From Tubiluchus corallicola (Eukaryota > Animalia > Priapulida): a stretch of DNA of 64,000 nucleotides. Below are positions 39,996 to 56,241 of the stretch, in pieces. Both the position numbers and the translations under genes were made by a program. The stretch lies in NCBI GenBank assembly GCA_030141605.1, contig JAQGDQ010000014.1:1178001-1242000 (forward strand). Direction: 5' to 3'. The notes beneath the pieces are model-generated. The model was not told the DNA's origin and ran no database searches. It worked only from the letters and a program-made list of their open reading frames with translations. The number at the start of each line of letters is the position of its first letter. Positions within the stretch are counted from its first letter, which is position 1.

Positions 39996-42083
39996 GAGCC
40001 CAGAAGAGTTAAATGCAAAATTCGAGTACAAACGGTAGTTAAATCGAATGCGCAAATGCCAAGTTTCAAAAATATCTTTGTCTTGTGTTGTGCAACCAGA
40101 GGTCAAATGTCACGTAGAAGAAGCCAAAAATAACCATTAATACAAAATTTGAGCATAAGGACAAATTTTTGTGGCAGCATTTTGGGCATGGCTAGTAGTG
40201 GTGTAGTAGTACTTAGATTTATGGTCAAGACAAAAAATATCAGTCATAAGTGGACACAATACAACCCTGATCATTGGCCAGTGGTCATTATTTTACCCAC
40301 ATTAGAGCACAAGAAAATTTTTTGCGGATTGTTGTAGTACTTGCCTAGTACTTGCTAATTTTGTATTCAAAACAAAAATGTAGTCATAAATAACCTTAAG
40401 ACAAGTTTCAATGTAAAAATTATATTATTATATATATTATTATATTATTATGATTTACTGGTTATGCATTTGTTGACACGGATAGATGTATAAAAACAAA
40501 GAAAGACTTAAAGTTATAATAATGTATGTGTGACAGATAAAAACTCATACAGGTATACAAGTCACTCGAATACATTTAGTGTACAAAAAGTATGGCATAG
40601 TTTGCTGTCAACCTTGGCACACAATAGCCATGTTCTTGTAGACTAAATGTGTTTAAGTGACTTGAATTTTTATCTAACACACATATATTTTTATAATTTT
40701 GTCTTCCTCTGTTTTTATGCAGTACTCTTGTTAGTAAAACATAACTGCTAAGCTAACGAATAATATAATTACTGGCCAAACACCGCAAAAATTCGGGGAA
40801 AAAGCTACAATGACAACCCACACTACACCCACCACACTACATCGCTAACGCCACGACACTACACCCACCGCACGATATCATGCCGCAGCCACCATAGCAC
40901 GACAATATTGACTGCGATGATGACGACAAACACACTAGCAGCAATGTTCTGCAACAGAAACAACAGGTAGTGAAACCATGAAAAAACAATTTGTGCAATT
41001 GTGTACAACGATAAGCGCTATTATACCATCTAATAATGATCGATAATGCATGAACATTCTACATTATTTTTACAATGTCTGTAGACAGAATATAGTGGAT
41101 GACGTCGCTGACCAGCGATAAAATCGCAAAAAAGAACTTGGAATTGTCCCGTTCTATTCGGCGACAGTGGAGGGGCCTAGAAAGAGACCGATGTCATTGT
41201 AACGTTTCTCGTCATTCCAAAGAACTGTACTTTGCCATTCAATAGCCCACCACGCACCGCTAGGATTTTTTTCTACACGATGTTCTGTCAAAATTTTAGA
41301 AAAATGAAACGGCTGGGGATGGGAAAACACCCTCTGCAGGAAACCATGGTCCGCCTACGAATTCTAAATATGCCTACTATACCCACTGCTGAATGGACTT
41401 TCCAACCACTCACAGACCCCACCCCATCACGTCCCCGTTCTCTAGAAATGTGTTGTAGTTTTGTAGAACAAAATGTTGTAGTTTTGAAGGAAAAGCCATG
41501 TGGCCCCGATTCGAAAAATAAACCACTAATCGTGACTAATGAGTCAAGCTAGATCGAGACATTTGTTTCATGCATATGTTACTAAAAATGGTACAGTCAT
41601 TGAAGCTGGGCCTCGATCTTATATTTATGTAAAGCCCTATACAGCCGAAATTAATTATATAAATCTTACTTTTAATCTTGTCTTAAGGTTATTTATGACT
41701 ACATTTCTTTTGTCTTGAGTGTAAATTTAAAATGCACTAGGCAAGTACTATAAGCTCCCACAAAAATTTTTCTTGTGCTCTAATTAAGGTAAAATAGTGA
41801 CTGACCAATGGTCAAGTTTGTCTTTTGCCCCCTTACGACAGATATTTTTTGTCTTGAGCATAAATCTAAGCACTACTAGCCACACTCTACTCGCTGCCAA
41901 AGAAATATTCTTGCGCTCAAATTTTGCATTAAATGGTTATTTTTGGCATTATCTTCGTGACCTTTGACCTCTGGTGACTGGTTGCATCAAGACAAACATA
42001 TTTTTGAATCTTGTTCTTTGTGCATTCTATTTAGCTACTCAAACCTTTTGTGCTCGAATTTTGCATTAAAATTCTCTGGGCTC
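39996..42083. mobile_element. Foldback-type DNA transposon with ~400-bp terminal inverted repeats
   Basis: 39996..40405 is the reverse complement of 41678..42083 (GAGCCCAGA...AATAACCTTAAGACAAG); superfamily not assigned. Confidence 0.85.
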
Positions 42084-43081
42084 TCGTTATTTGTTGTACG
42101 TTTGATAAAAACGCGTTTTGAATGGCCACTATTACATTAGACAATATATTTTGCAAACATTTAACAATTAGCGTCAAGAAGAATGCCGGTCAATGCTCAG
42201 TCAAGGTCTGCTGACTGCCAATCAGTGTGCATGATTTTTCACACATCTCTGGAAGCTATGCGTCACCATACTTTCAGGACATTAGTTGGAACTGTCTATT
42301 GCTGGCGGATCATATGATGCTACTTTAACGTTCGCAAACGTGGAGCAATAAACCAACATGCTTGACGTCAATTGACTAATATTACGTTGATATATAATAT
42401 AAATCTTGATTACATTAAGATTGATCTGAATTAATTTGGACTATGAATATCTCATTGAGGTATATAAAAATTGGCCAGAAAAGAAAACATTTGGCCTAAA
42501 AATTTCTGAAGACATTTTCCCTAGAAACTCGCTTACTCATAGTCATGACAGTTGACCTACATGGATGAATACAACTCTGTAGCTGTGCCTTAACTATTTC
42601 TGAGCAATAGCTTATTCTCTACAACCTGCGCAAATCTACTTAGAGGTGCGCAGGCTGTAATGTTGAATCATTTATGCTGACTCCAATGACCTGAAGTTAT
42701 AAATTTCTTGTCAGCTCTATTCAGGTAGGCCATTTGACGTTTGCGAACGTTAAAGCAGCGTCATGTGATCGACCTAACCTTAATTTTTTAAAATGTTAAG
42801 TTTATTTTCTTATTCACAAGTAAAGACATTATACATGTACAATATAATACATTTTTTACATTATATTAAAAATTATAAAATTATTAAAAGTGGAATAAGG
42901 ACTTTGAAGTTAATACAGACTTATGTGTCCAATATTTCAATTGTCTTTTAATTATCATAATTTAAAGGCAACAAAAGTTAGTAAAAGTTGACATTATGAT
43001 TAAAAGAGTAAAAGTGTACAAAATATAACCTCGTTAGGTTAATTTGCCCTTTTTTAAAGATAATCATATAATTGTTTTATG

Positions 43082-44034
43082 TAACTTGCAAAGTCATAAA
43101 CTAAAGTAGACTGTACATTTGACTGAAAATGGTTTGATCGGCAACTCATAGACGTATGCGTTGTGCATATCTTCCTATAATAAACGAAACTAGACTATAC
43201 ATTTTCACTAATTCACTTGCAATCTAAATCGACAGTAATAATATTTAGAACTAGGCCAATGTTTCTCGCGCTAACTAATGAAAAGCTGAGCATTTTTCAT
43301 AACAGTATTAGATGCCCAGCTGTACTCAGCTGCAGCTAAATATCTCGAAAGCACCGGCGTTAATTTACCTCTGCAAGGGGCTGAAAAATATTGGTCGCTG
43401 ATTGGGCAGTCAACGAGAATGACTGACGTTATGCTTGACGCCAATTGATGTCAAACATATTGGTCTATCGCTGCATCTCCGCTGTGACGTAAGCACATTC
43501 AACGGCGTTCGGCACAACAGCTCGCGTTGGACATCAACTGTCTGAACTAAACTAAACAACATGAGAGTCACAACTAAAATCTAATCAGAACATAAATTGA
43601 TTGCACTTTTTCATAAACACAGATTTGCAGAGCAGCCGCTATTTTTACACAAAATTGACACTTCAAGTAGCCAAAAATGACTTTTCAATTTAGACAGAAT
43701 GTAGAGACGAAGTTTCAAAGCACTACAAAATACAGAGACATAAGTATAACGAAAAAGAAACTAAGCCAGTTAGCCTTGCTTTACAATAAATGATCAACAA
43801 AAATATTAAGTCTCTTTTGCCTTTAAACATAAGGAACCTATCATGTCCTTATTTAAAGTTAATCAAACAGCTGTTTTTATCTAACTTGCAAAGCCATAAA
43901 CTAAATAAACTGCGTATTTTCTTGATTGAAAATGATGTAATCAGCAACTCATAGACGTAAGCGTTGTGCATTTCTTCCTATAAACGAAACTAGACTATAT
44001 ATTTCCACTAATTCACTTGCAATTTCAATTGACA
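43082..44034. repeat. ~150-bp direct repeat pair 43082..43234 / 43882..44034
   Basis: TAACTTGCAAAG.CATAAACTAAA...GCAACTCATAGACGTA.GCGTTGTGCAT...CACTAATTCACTTGCAAT is present twice, 800 bp apart. Confidence 0.85.
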
Positions 44035-44273
44035 AGAATAAAATCTAGTCAATTAGTAGCGAATAGGCACAGAAGTCATTGGCTTACCAATTATTGAGAA
44101 AAGTATGTCTTACAGTAACGAAATGTAGTTGGTTTAATGAAGCAATTTACAGAAAGTCGTACAATAAGAACCAAACAAACTCTGCTTTATGGTATTTGAT
44201 GAATGAACGAAAGTTCTTAATAAATATTTCGCTTCTGCGTAAAATTGCTTTAACTGGTTGTTTGTGTTTTCAG

Positions 44274-44403
44274 GCACATGTGTATGGTCATGCGAGGGGT
44301 GCAAAAACTAAATAGCAAGACCATTACCAGCACCATGTTGGGCGTGTTTAGGGAAGATCCGAAAACTCGGGAGGAATTCCTGTCTCTCATCAAATCGGCG
44401 TAA
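44274..44403 (+). CDS. GCH1: GTP cyclohydrolase I last coding exon
   Basis: [42 protein letters not shown]; third Zn ligand in HMCM; TTTTCAG| acceptor. Confidence 0.98.
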
Positions 44404-45074
44404 CTAGCTGTTCAGAATCCTGAAACTCGAAACTCTACGGGAAACATATAAAAGCGTGAAAAACTTCTATTGCACAAACAATAACAGCTACAGAGAGTAT
44501 TGCGTGATCAATTTGAACAGTAAATAAGTCTAAAGGCTCACATTAATTCCGCTTGCAGAGAGCAATGACAAGTTTACTAATGTCAAAATTTTTATTGTAA
44601 TCCGCTAATGATCAATGTTTTCGCGTATCATTCATCGAGTGGCCTCAATATCGTCAATTTAATCGTGCAGGTGAACATTCACTTACAGCTTCAGCATTAG
44701 ATACATGTCATATGATCACCTATACTCAATAATGCACACCTTTCAGCCTGACAATAATTATGTAAAAAATATCGAACCGTGGCTAAAGGTTTAGGTGCCA
44801 GGCCTATAATAATAGTTTATCTGTTAACTAATCGATAATTTGTGTCTGGTAATTTGAAATTTTATCCGTTTTTATGATGGGTTGACATACATGCGTAAAT
44901 TATAAAGCGAAATGTACTGTCTCTTATATAAAATATATCGATACTAGGTTGGTTAGGCTAACTAACATTTGCAGCTCAAGTCTGCATGCGGCTTTATGTA
45001 CATGGCGCTTGTCTTGTTGTGTATATAGTAAATAATAATTATATAGCTATTATATTGTAAATGTTAAGCAAATT

Positions 45075-45080
45075 AATAAA
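45075..45080 (+). terminator. Candidate GCH1 polyadenylation signal
   Basis: AATAAA about 670 nt after the stop codon. Confidence 0.45.
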
Positions 45081-45558
45081 AAGGTTGCTTGACCCAACAG
45101 GCTGGCCTTAACTTTTGTCGAGGCAATTCATTATACTTCAAGCCAGGATCCAGCAATCAACGGAGAGTCTACTTAGTACGCGTATGATTGTGGCCGAACC
45201 GGAACATATCTCATTATCAAAGTTAATCCTCTAAGATGAGCGTGCTGCCAAGTAGATGGGTCTCAGCTCTAGCTTAGATATATATGTATCTGCTTTGGAC
45301 GAGATAATTAGCTGGAGAGACCGAGGTCGTAAAACCCTTTCTTAGTGGAACCCAGTAATTTATTTAAAACATATTTTTGATATTTATTTGCTTTTTATTT
45401 ATTTATTTAAATTAGCCATAACAAATTAACACTATAATGAAAAAAAATACAACACAATAAATTGGCCAGGCAGACCTGCACAATGTGAAAAGAATATCAC
45501 ATAACGTACAGACCACCCAAAGTAACGTGACAGAGCTTTACTTGACAGATTCAATTTA

Positions 45559-45852
45559 CCAGACAATCCCAAGACTGTTCAAAAAATTTCCAGGACTGGT
45601 GTCACAAAAGATGTATTCCAAATCCAAACTACAAACTACAAGTTTTCCCCTTCAAAGTAACCCCGTGGAGTCAACGCATTTCCAGCCTCTGCCATGCCTC
45701 CATGCACTCCTGGAAGGATTATTCCGGGATCCTCCGCAGCTCCGTCGTCACCTTGAAGGGGATTACTTTTAAGAGGAAACTTGTAGTTTGTAGTTTAGAT
45801 TTGAAATATATCTTTTGTGATACCAGTCCTGGAACTTTTCTGACACACCTGG
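45559..45852. mobile_element. Mariner-derived MITE
   Basis: TA flanks; ~90-bp inverted arms (TTCCAGGACTGGTGTCACAAAAGAT...); the interior encodes the mariner transposase C-terminus (TTELRRIPE*SFQECMEAWQR; GDYF). Confidence 0.85.
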
Positions 45853-46149
45853 TATGCAGAGCTTCCGAGTTCGGTAGTAGGATGGGCAAATAGCAGCAAG
45901 CCCAGTGTTTCTTAAGTTTAGTCGGCTGTATACACTTTATTATGTCTATAGCCATGTCGATTCTTGCGCTTTCTTTCATGTTTGGCATAACCAAAAGTTC
46001 TAAATAAATTCCAGCTTTATACAAAACATTTTGTCACTACACCGAGAAAACACTGTAACGAAGATAATTTGTGATATGTTAATGCACTCACAACTGGATC
46101 ATGGCTCGAGCTATCATTTCACAATGATACACGCTACAGAGGAGCGAAG

Positions 46150-46600
46150 ACGTCACTCATTTAATTTGTATAACAGGGCGATTTTCTGCATTTTAAAAAC
46201 GAACTGACGGCGGCTACGATGTCCAAGATCCAACTCTGGATTGCTACTTCCAGCGGAATTTAGTAGAATTGCGGTAAAAATTACGAGAAACGATATAATA
46301 TGAGATCGAAGATGCAAAAATCAAAGAAACTTAATGAAAAGTTAGCTAGCAAACTTGTCCTGCATCTCTCATATTAGAAATCCTACGGAATAGGTGCTAA
46401 GGTAACGAACGCACCTGCCTATACTGCTACTGAACCACGAAAGCTCTGTATAACGGACTATTAAATTATATATTGCTAGTATGCAAAGGCTTCATAATTG
46501 GTGAAACACAATTTATTACAAACATAGTGGTGGGGTGACAATAAACGGAATTTTGCCTGCAGTACATACAATATTGTGGTAATGGAAACACTGGTTTTAA
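46150..46600 (+). pseudogene. Crypton/DUF3504 tyrosine-recombinase-like remnant
   Basis: Ordered fragments RTDGGYD, YFQRNLVE, KSYGIGAKVTNAPAYTATEPRKL and NLLQT*WWGDNKRNFAC resemble the conserved blocks of DUF3504 proteins; many stops and frameshifts. Confidence 0.5.
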
Positions 46601-47979
46601 TCAGTGAATTACCATTACGGCTAACATTTGTTCACGAAGATTTTTTACGGTCCTTTCAAGTAATATGCGAGTAACATGCTCGCTGCATTATCTAACCTTA
46701 AGCAATTTGCGCTTTTCACGACTTTGTTGTGCGTGTGCATAGAAACGAGTGAAGCTGTGGTCAAGACATTTTTGCCAGGTACATATCCTAATAATATAAG
46801 TGGCTCTGCACCGCCCCTACATTAAAATTGTATGAGTATACACACCGCAGAAATAGCTGTAACTACATTATTATCATAGTCTCAAAAATGCTCAGAAATG
46901 ATCAGAGAGACCGATCGTTTGCACTTCGTCGTTCCTCCTTCGTTTTTCTTACCGTTAGTGGGACTTCTCAGTTCTCATTCGTTAATTGGGATCCTGGTAA
47001 TGTTAATGACATATTGATTATTTGTATTTTGTTTACCGTAATCATGTCAGAAAGCACCTCTTATCTTATATTTTATTACGTACTTCCTTAAGAAAATTTG
47101 AAATCCAGTGACGTTTTTTTCTAAAGGCTGGCAACATAGCAAGTCAGTTTGATTATGCTGAATCCGAAAAAAACTGCTAGCAGCTTGAAGAATTATAGGG
47201 CAAAAGGTCAGGAACACAAAAACATAAAAGGCCACTAAGATTTTGTACATGCATTGTAAAGAAATTCCCAGAAAAATATTATGAAAAGGCGATTATGACA
47301 TATATTGGCATATTGCAGGGTAGCTGGGCATAATCCATTTCTGTTACTTCATTTTAAAAATGGCCGCCACACGAAACAAAAATATGCCAATACTGCAATA
47401 TTAACTGTTTCACCCAAAGATCTATTATAAAAATTAAATTATTTTTACTAATTCAACCTGAAATTGCTAGGCCTACATGTATCTGACCCCCCTTCTCGCT
47501 GTTATATATTGACTTGACTTTAACTGGCCAACTAGAATCTATGTACTCGTGCTACTTGAACTTTCATTGGTATTAATGATGGTTGAAACTGGTGCTGTCA
47601 TTCAAGTTGTAGCCTCAAATTCATGGCTAAAGACGACTATTACTATTGCGTTTTTTAATTATTTAATTTATGTTTAATTATATTTTTTAATTTTTTTAAT
47701 TAACTTTCCACAACATAGTCTGAACCACGCCTCTCTGCTTTAGAATCCTATAAAACATTTATGATTCATTAACAATACGCAAATGACATAGGCTGGATTA
47801 GTGCATCAAATTTTCAAACTGACATAGTAAAAAGTGATTTCTAAAAAACAGGAAAAATGAAATATTAAAGTACACCAGTCAAACATAGAACATAATTATA
47901 GTGTTGCAAGAGAAGATAATGAGTCATGGAAAATGTGTAAATAAGTGGGCAGTTGGGATGATATGAAAATAGAAAGCAA

Positions 47980-48510
47980 CAAGCAATGCATGCTTTCCTT
48001 CTAGGGAAGAATGTTTTGAGAATATTATGTAGCGAGAAATCAAGCCTTAACACAAGACTTCGATTATTTAATGCATACGATAACAAGCATATTTACGGCA
48101 GTGAAAGACTGGTTTAATGATTACTTAAGAAAAACAGATTCGCACATTTCATAGAAGTTTCCTAAAGAAAGTTTTAAAGATAAGATGTTCTTTCATAACC
48201 AACAACGAAGATTTGTACACTGGAATGAAGGAAATTCTTGGAGCAGAAAAGACAGATCTGAATATTAAGATTATTAGGACACTTTCTCAGATCACCAAGT
48301 GAAACACCAGTTAAATTCATTTTAAAGAAAGCCTTAAACACTTGCAAAAATCATCCGGCATACCAAAAACAACTTGGATTGCTAAAATAATAAATATGTT
48401 CAACAACTCCAACCAAATCTAGCTTTAGGACCAGGATAACTTACGCTGTTCGCTGCAAATAGGACTGGACGGAATGCCCTAGTATATGGTAACGCCTCAA
48501 TGATCTGCTA
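47980..48510 (+). mobile_element. RTE-clade LINE 3' fragment
   Basis: Fragments SLNTRLRLFNAY, YGSE, NNEDLY, LRLLGHFLRSPSETPVK, PKTTWI and AANR match the RTE ORF C-terminus. Confidence 0.75.
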
Positions 48511-48784
48511 CAGATAAAAGACTTATAAAAGATGATTATTTAAGTGCTATTATTGTGCCGGTGAGTTTGGTGATGCCCATATAAATTCAACTTAAAACAA
48601 CTAAAACTTGTCGATTGGGTAGCTACTAGCTAGCACTTTTCAACGTTATCGTTTTTTGTTTCTACAAGTTTAGTCTTGTAGTCTGGTACTTCTTTACTGT
48701 GTTTTTAGTAAATAATAAACGTTATAAGTTTTATGCAGTTGCTTTTTAAACCAGTCATGTCTGTTTTGCGAAATTTCATATACA

Positions 48785-48886
48785 ATGTCTAGAAATAATG
48801 ACGCCAATTATAGCCAGAGCTATAAACTTGTTGTGGTTGGGGGTGGTGGTGTTGGTAAAAGTGCACTTACAATTCAGTTTATACAG
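48785..48886 (+). CDS. RRAS2: R-Ras2/TC21-like GTPase exon 1
   Basis: [34 protein letters not shown] (G1 P-loop with the R-Ras-type GGGG); CAG|GTAATT. Confidence 0.95.
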
Positions 48887-49128
48887 GTAATTGTTATCTT
48901 ATTTCGTACTTCCGACAGATTATAGGACACTCGCATGACGAAAAAGTACTTAAAATAAATTTTACCAGGCTTCACAACCATTGCTGAATAATTGGGGATG
49001 ACACTAATTCAGTTGACACTGGCACTGAAAATAAGCAAAATGTAGGCCTGAAACTTGAAGTCTCAAAAAGGTGTTGAACTTCAAAGGATGAAATTTCAAT
49101 AACTTTTTATACAGGCTTGACTAGATTA

Positions 49129-49434
49129 CAGTTTATGTGGTTCTTTTTTAAGGCATTCTCACATTGTCCAAATCAGAAATATTGCTGAAAGCAGGGGCAC
49201 AATAGAAAGATGCATCCTTTATCTGCACACTCATGTTAAGAAAAGTTGAAACATACCTCCTATTTATAAAAAATAATTTTAAAAAACACTGTTAGCATTG
49301 TGAGAACTGACTAAGATTGAGTAATTTCACAAACAGCATATAGAACAGATGCATCTTTCTGTTGTAGCCCTGTTTTCAGTAATATTTCTGATTTGGGCGA
49401 TGTGAGAGTGCCTTAAAAAAAACCACCTAAACTG
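49129..49434. mobile_element. MITE with ~88-bp inverted arms
   Basis: 49129..49216 is the reverse complement of 49348..49434; TA|CAG ... CTG ends suggest Tc1/mariner. Confidence 0.75.
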
Positions 49435-50520
49435 CATGAAACTACAGAAATATTTTCATTTGGGAGTTAGCAGAGAGTGATTTTTTTTCTAAACGTATGA
49501 TTATTTAGTTATAACCTTTGGTACACAGTTATACATAAACTGATTAAGAATACCTGAGGCTGTATTACAAAGAAATAAAAATAGAATTACAAAATATGGT
49601 GTATGGCTACTAATTGTTAGTAATGTTTAAATAAATATTGGTGTTGAATTAGTAATACTACATTCGATCAATTGATAAAAGCGGTGCGTAGATTTTATAT
49701 AGTCTGGGATAGCTTGAAATAATATAACATTTTGGTCGTGGTTTAGTTGAGAGCATCCGAAAAGAAATATTAAAATTTTTGAGTTGATTACTCAAGCTAT
49801 TTAAATTAAATGGAAAAGTATTTTGTTGATATAGCTGGGTTAATTTTCCTCTAGTAATGCTTAGTTCATATGTGTTAACATTTTATAGGTTTTATTCCTT
49901 TATAGTAATTGCACATTACTTATTTACTAAAAAAAATAAAATGTACAAATTGCAGTAACTATACACACAGTTGCATAAATCTTGAAGTTTGCACTGATTA
50001 TGTTATAGGCTGAACTGCTTTTAGGGGTGGCTAGACTACAAGACTGTATGGTTTGTTTGCCACCCCGTCTCTATAATTATTTATTAAACTATACGTATAT
50101 AAGTTAATATTACTAACACGAAAGAGACAAATAAATAGAATTGAATTGCTTTGCAGTTGTTCAGAAACCTTTGGCACAGCCTGCTGTATGTACCACAGCT
50201 TCTATCGATATTCTATTATGCATAAAATAAAAGAACAATTATTTCTATACAAAGTCTAAATGATATTTATCAATGTTTAGCCTCTAGTTTTGTTGTAATC
50301 ATGTACACTGACAAAACTGAATTCCAACTATTAAACGCTTTGGTTCCTAATGGTAGCATATACTGCAATGGCTGTGTTATCAAATCTACCTGATATACAG
50401 AAAAATATCTGTGACATATTATTCACATCTCTGGCAGTGATAATGATTATATTAAAAGGTTTATTTTTACGGTTTATGTAGCTGTGTAAATAAAAGTTAT
50501 GCGTACAGTAGCCTACGATA

Positions 50521-53850
<3,330 letters not shown>

Positions 53851-54499
53851 TGTAATTAGATGTTCTGTTGTAAAACTTTAGTCCCATTTAGTGGTCATTG
53901 ATTTGAATGAATGAATTGAAATTAATTGAAATCATTATGCTTATTAGTGCTAAAACAACTGTAACTATAATTATAATGATGTGTATGTATGTACTACGTA
54001 TGCTACTGAAGTGAAATGAATTGGAATTGAAATTGGAAATTTGCAATAATTTTTCTGATAGATGCTGCACAACTCTTTGTCATTTAGTTTTTAATAGTAC
54101 TGTCTGTCAGTTGTCTGACTGAATTTGGATTATTGCAGATTGTGGATGTGTTGTGCTTTGCCACACAAATTTGTTTAAAAAATTAATTCCCATCCATAAA
54201 TATTGGGAGTTCATGAATAAACTGCTGTGACAAATCATGAAGCAGGGAAATATTTAAGAATTTCAGTGAGATATGATACATTGTTCCACACTTTCTGATC
54301 AGTGGTGTTAGAAGGACTAAGGGTGTAGTCCATTCCCTTCACAAAACTGTAATAAATTTGAAAAGCCCTGGACTTACAGTACAGTGTGTTATGTGTATAG
54401 AAACTGTTTTTGTATGATAAATTTTCTGCATTTTGTCAGCCACATTATACACTAGTTTGGAACTTGTACATTTTTTAAGTAGGTGGTTATTGTCTAGAA

Positions 54500-54810
54500 C
54501 AGTGGTTCCCAAAGTAGGGGTAAATTACCCCCCGGGGGTAATATGGTTTTTTTGGGGGGGTAACGGGCACCCCCCTGAAAATTTTAAAACTTCGCTCGGA
54601 ATGCATTTTACGTAGTTTTCTTCTTGAAGAGACTGCCTCCGGCAGGCAACACTGTGTAAATAAATAAATAATACATAAATAATTTTGCTTGCTTGTGGCA
54701 TATACGTGTGTTTACTTTTTGAGTTGGAGAAGTAGTACTAGGTGGGGGGTAATGGACACGACCGGGTTTCCCGATTTGGGTAACGGTCTGAGAAAGTTTG
54801 GGAACCACTG
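54500..54810. mobile_element. hAT (Charlie-like) MITE
   Basis: Perfect 14-bp TIR CAGTGGTTCCCAAA and perfect 8-bp TSD GTCTAGAA (54492..54499, 54811..54818). Confidence 0.95.
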
Positions 54811-54895
54811 GTCTAGAAACTCGTTGTTATATTATGTTTTATTTAGTAATATTTCGGCAAAAAGTCTATGTTGTCTATTATGCTTTCTGTTGTAG

Positions 54896-55009
<114 letters not shown>

Positions 55010-55458
55010 TAACCATTCTCTTCTTATTTCTAGTGACTGTTGTTGGTATATGTTTCTGCTCTAGTGCCACTAAAAGAAATTAGGCTTCTCAGAGTACCTC
55101 AGTATTCAAAGTGCCTCAGAGTACTTTAACATAATACCTCAAGGGTACCTCAAAGTGATCTCTAGGTTTGTTTGTCAAGCTGGGAGAACTGCATGTTTGA
55201 CAAGATTTCTACAGATTGTAATTAAATCGACCTGCCATATTTATGACATTTCCTGTTAGTTGCTGTGTTTTAATGGTTTTGATTTGAATTGATGTATTAA
55301 TACTAGAAGAAATTGGCAAAATTGGTGTATGCTTACTTGATTTAGCATGTAGTAAGTAGGTGAAAATGTAAATTTACATGTCACATATAGCAAATATTAC
55401 TATTATTTCCATGTTCTTAGTTTTTCTTTTTGTTTTGTGAATTTTACATAAATTATAA

Positions 55459-55566
<108 letters not shown>

Positions 55567-56108
55567 TGAATACTCAACTTTTTTGTCTGCTCCTAAATAT
55601 ATTACACTGGTTGCTGTGTTATATTTTAAAAAGCTCCATGATAAAGTAATTACTACATGGACCATGTCACTTGCTGTGATTAACAGTGTTAACACAGTCA
55701 GGAGCGTATTACAATATATATGGATGTAATGATGCCCTAGACTGATTGTTCAGTCCTGACTGCTGCCCATCCCCCAAGGGTGCAAATTTAGTTATTTATG
55801 TATTTTACTTTTTTTTGTATTTGTTTGTGGTGTATTAGTAGTATAATTATTGTAGTACCATGTGATTATTGTTTATTACATTTATTTACATGATTATAAT
55901 ATCTGAAGAAGCTGCGCAGCTAGTTGTGATGTTGAATACCTTTTATGTATTATTGTGCAATTGTACTTTTTTGTTTTATGGCACTTATAAAACTGGAATA
56001 ATAATAATAATAATCTTAAACTCGACTTTTTGGATCAACAATTAACATAAGCTCCAAAGAGCTTTTAGGCCGACTGTAAGCAACAATCTACAACTACATT
56101 ATTATTAT

Positions 56109-56241
56109 CCCACTTTACCCTAAATACCATGCAGGGCAACAGCAGGTGCCATCTTAAAGTCTTTGTCATGACTCGGACGCAGTATCGAACTCACGATCTC
56201 CCAAATGGAAAGCAGACGCGTTACCACTAGACCAAACCGTC
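56109..56241 (-). mobile_element. tRNA-derived SINE
   Basis: Minus strand A box TGGTCTAGTGG and B box GAGTTCGATAC, followed by CCGAGTCATGACAAAGACTTTAAGATGG, a conserved-core-like body. Confidence 0.75.

Noticed and set aside
43082-44034. Direct repeats as LTRs of a small retroelement
   Set aside because: No TG...CA ends, primer-binding site, polypurine tract or TSD visible.
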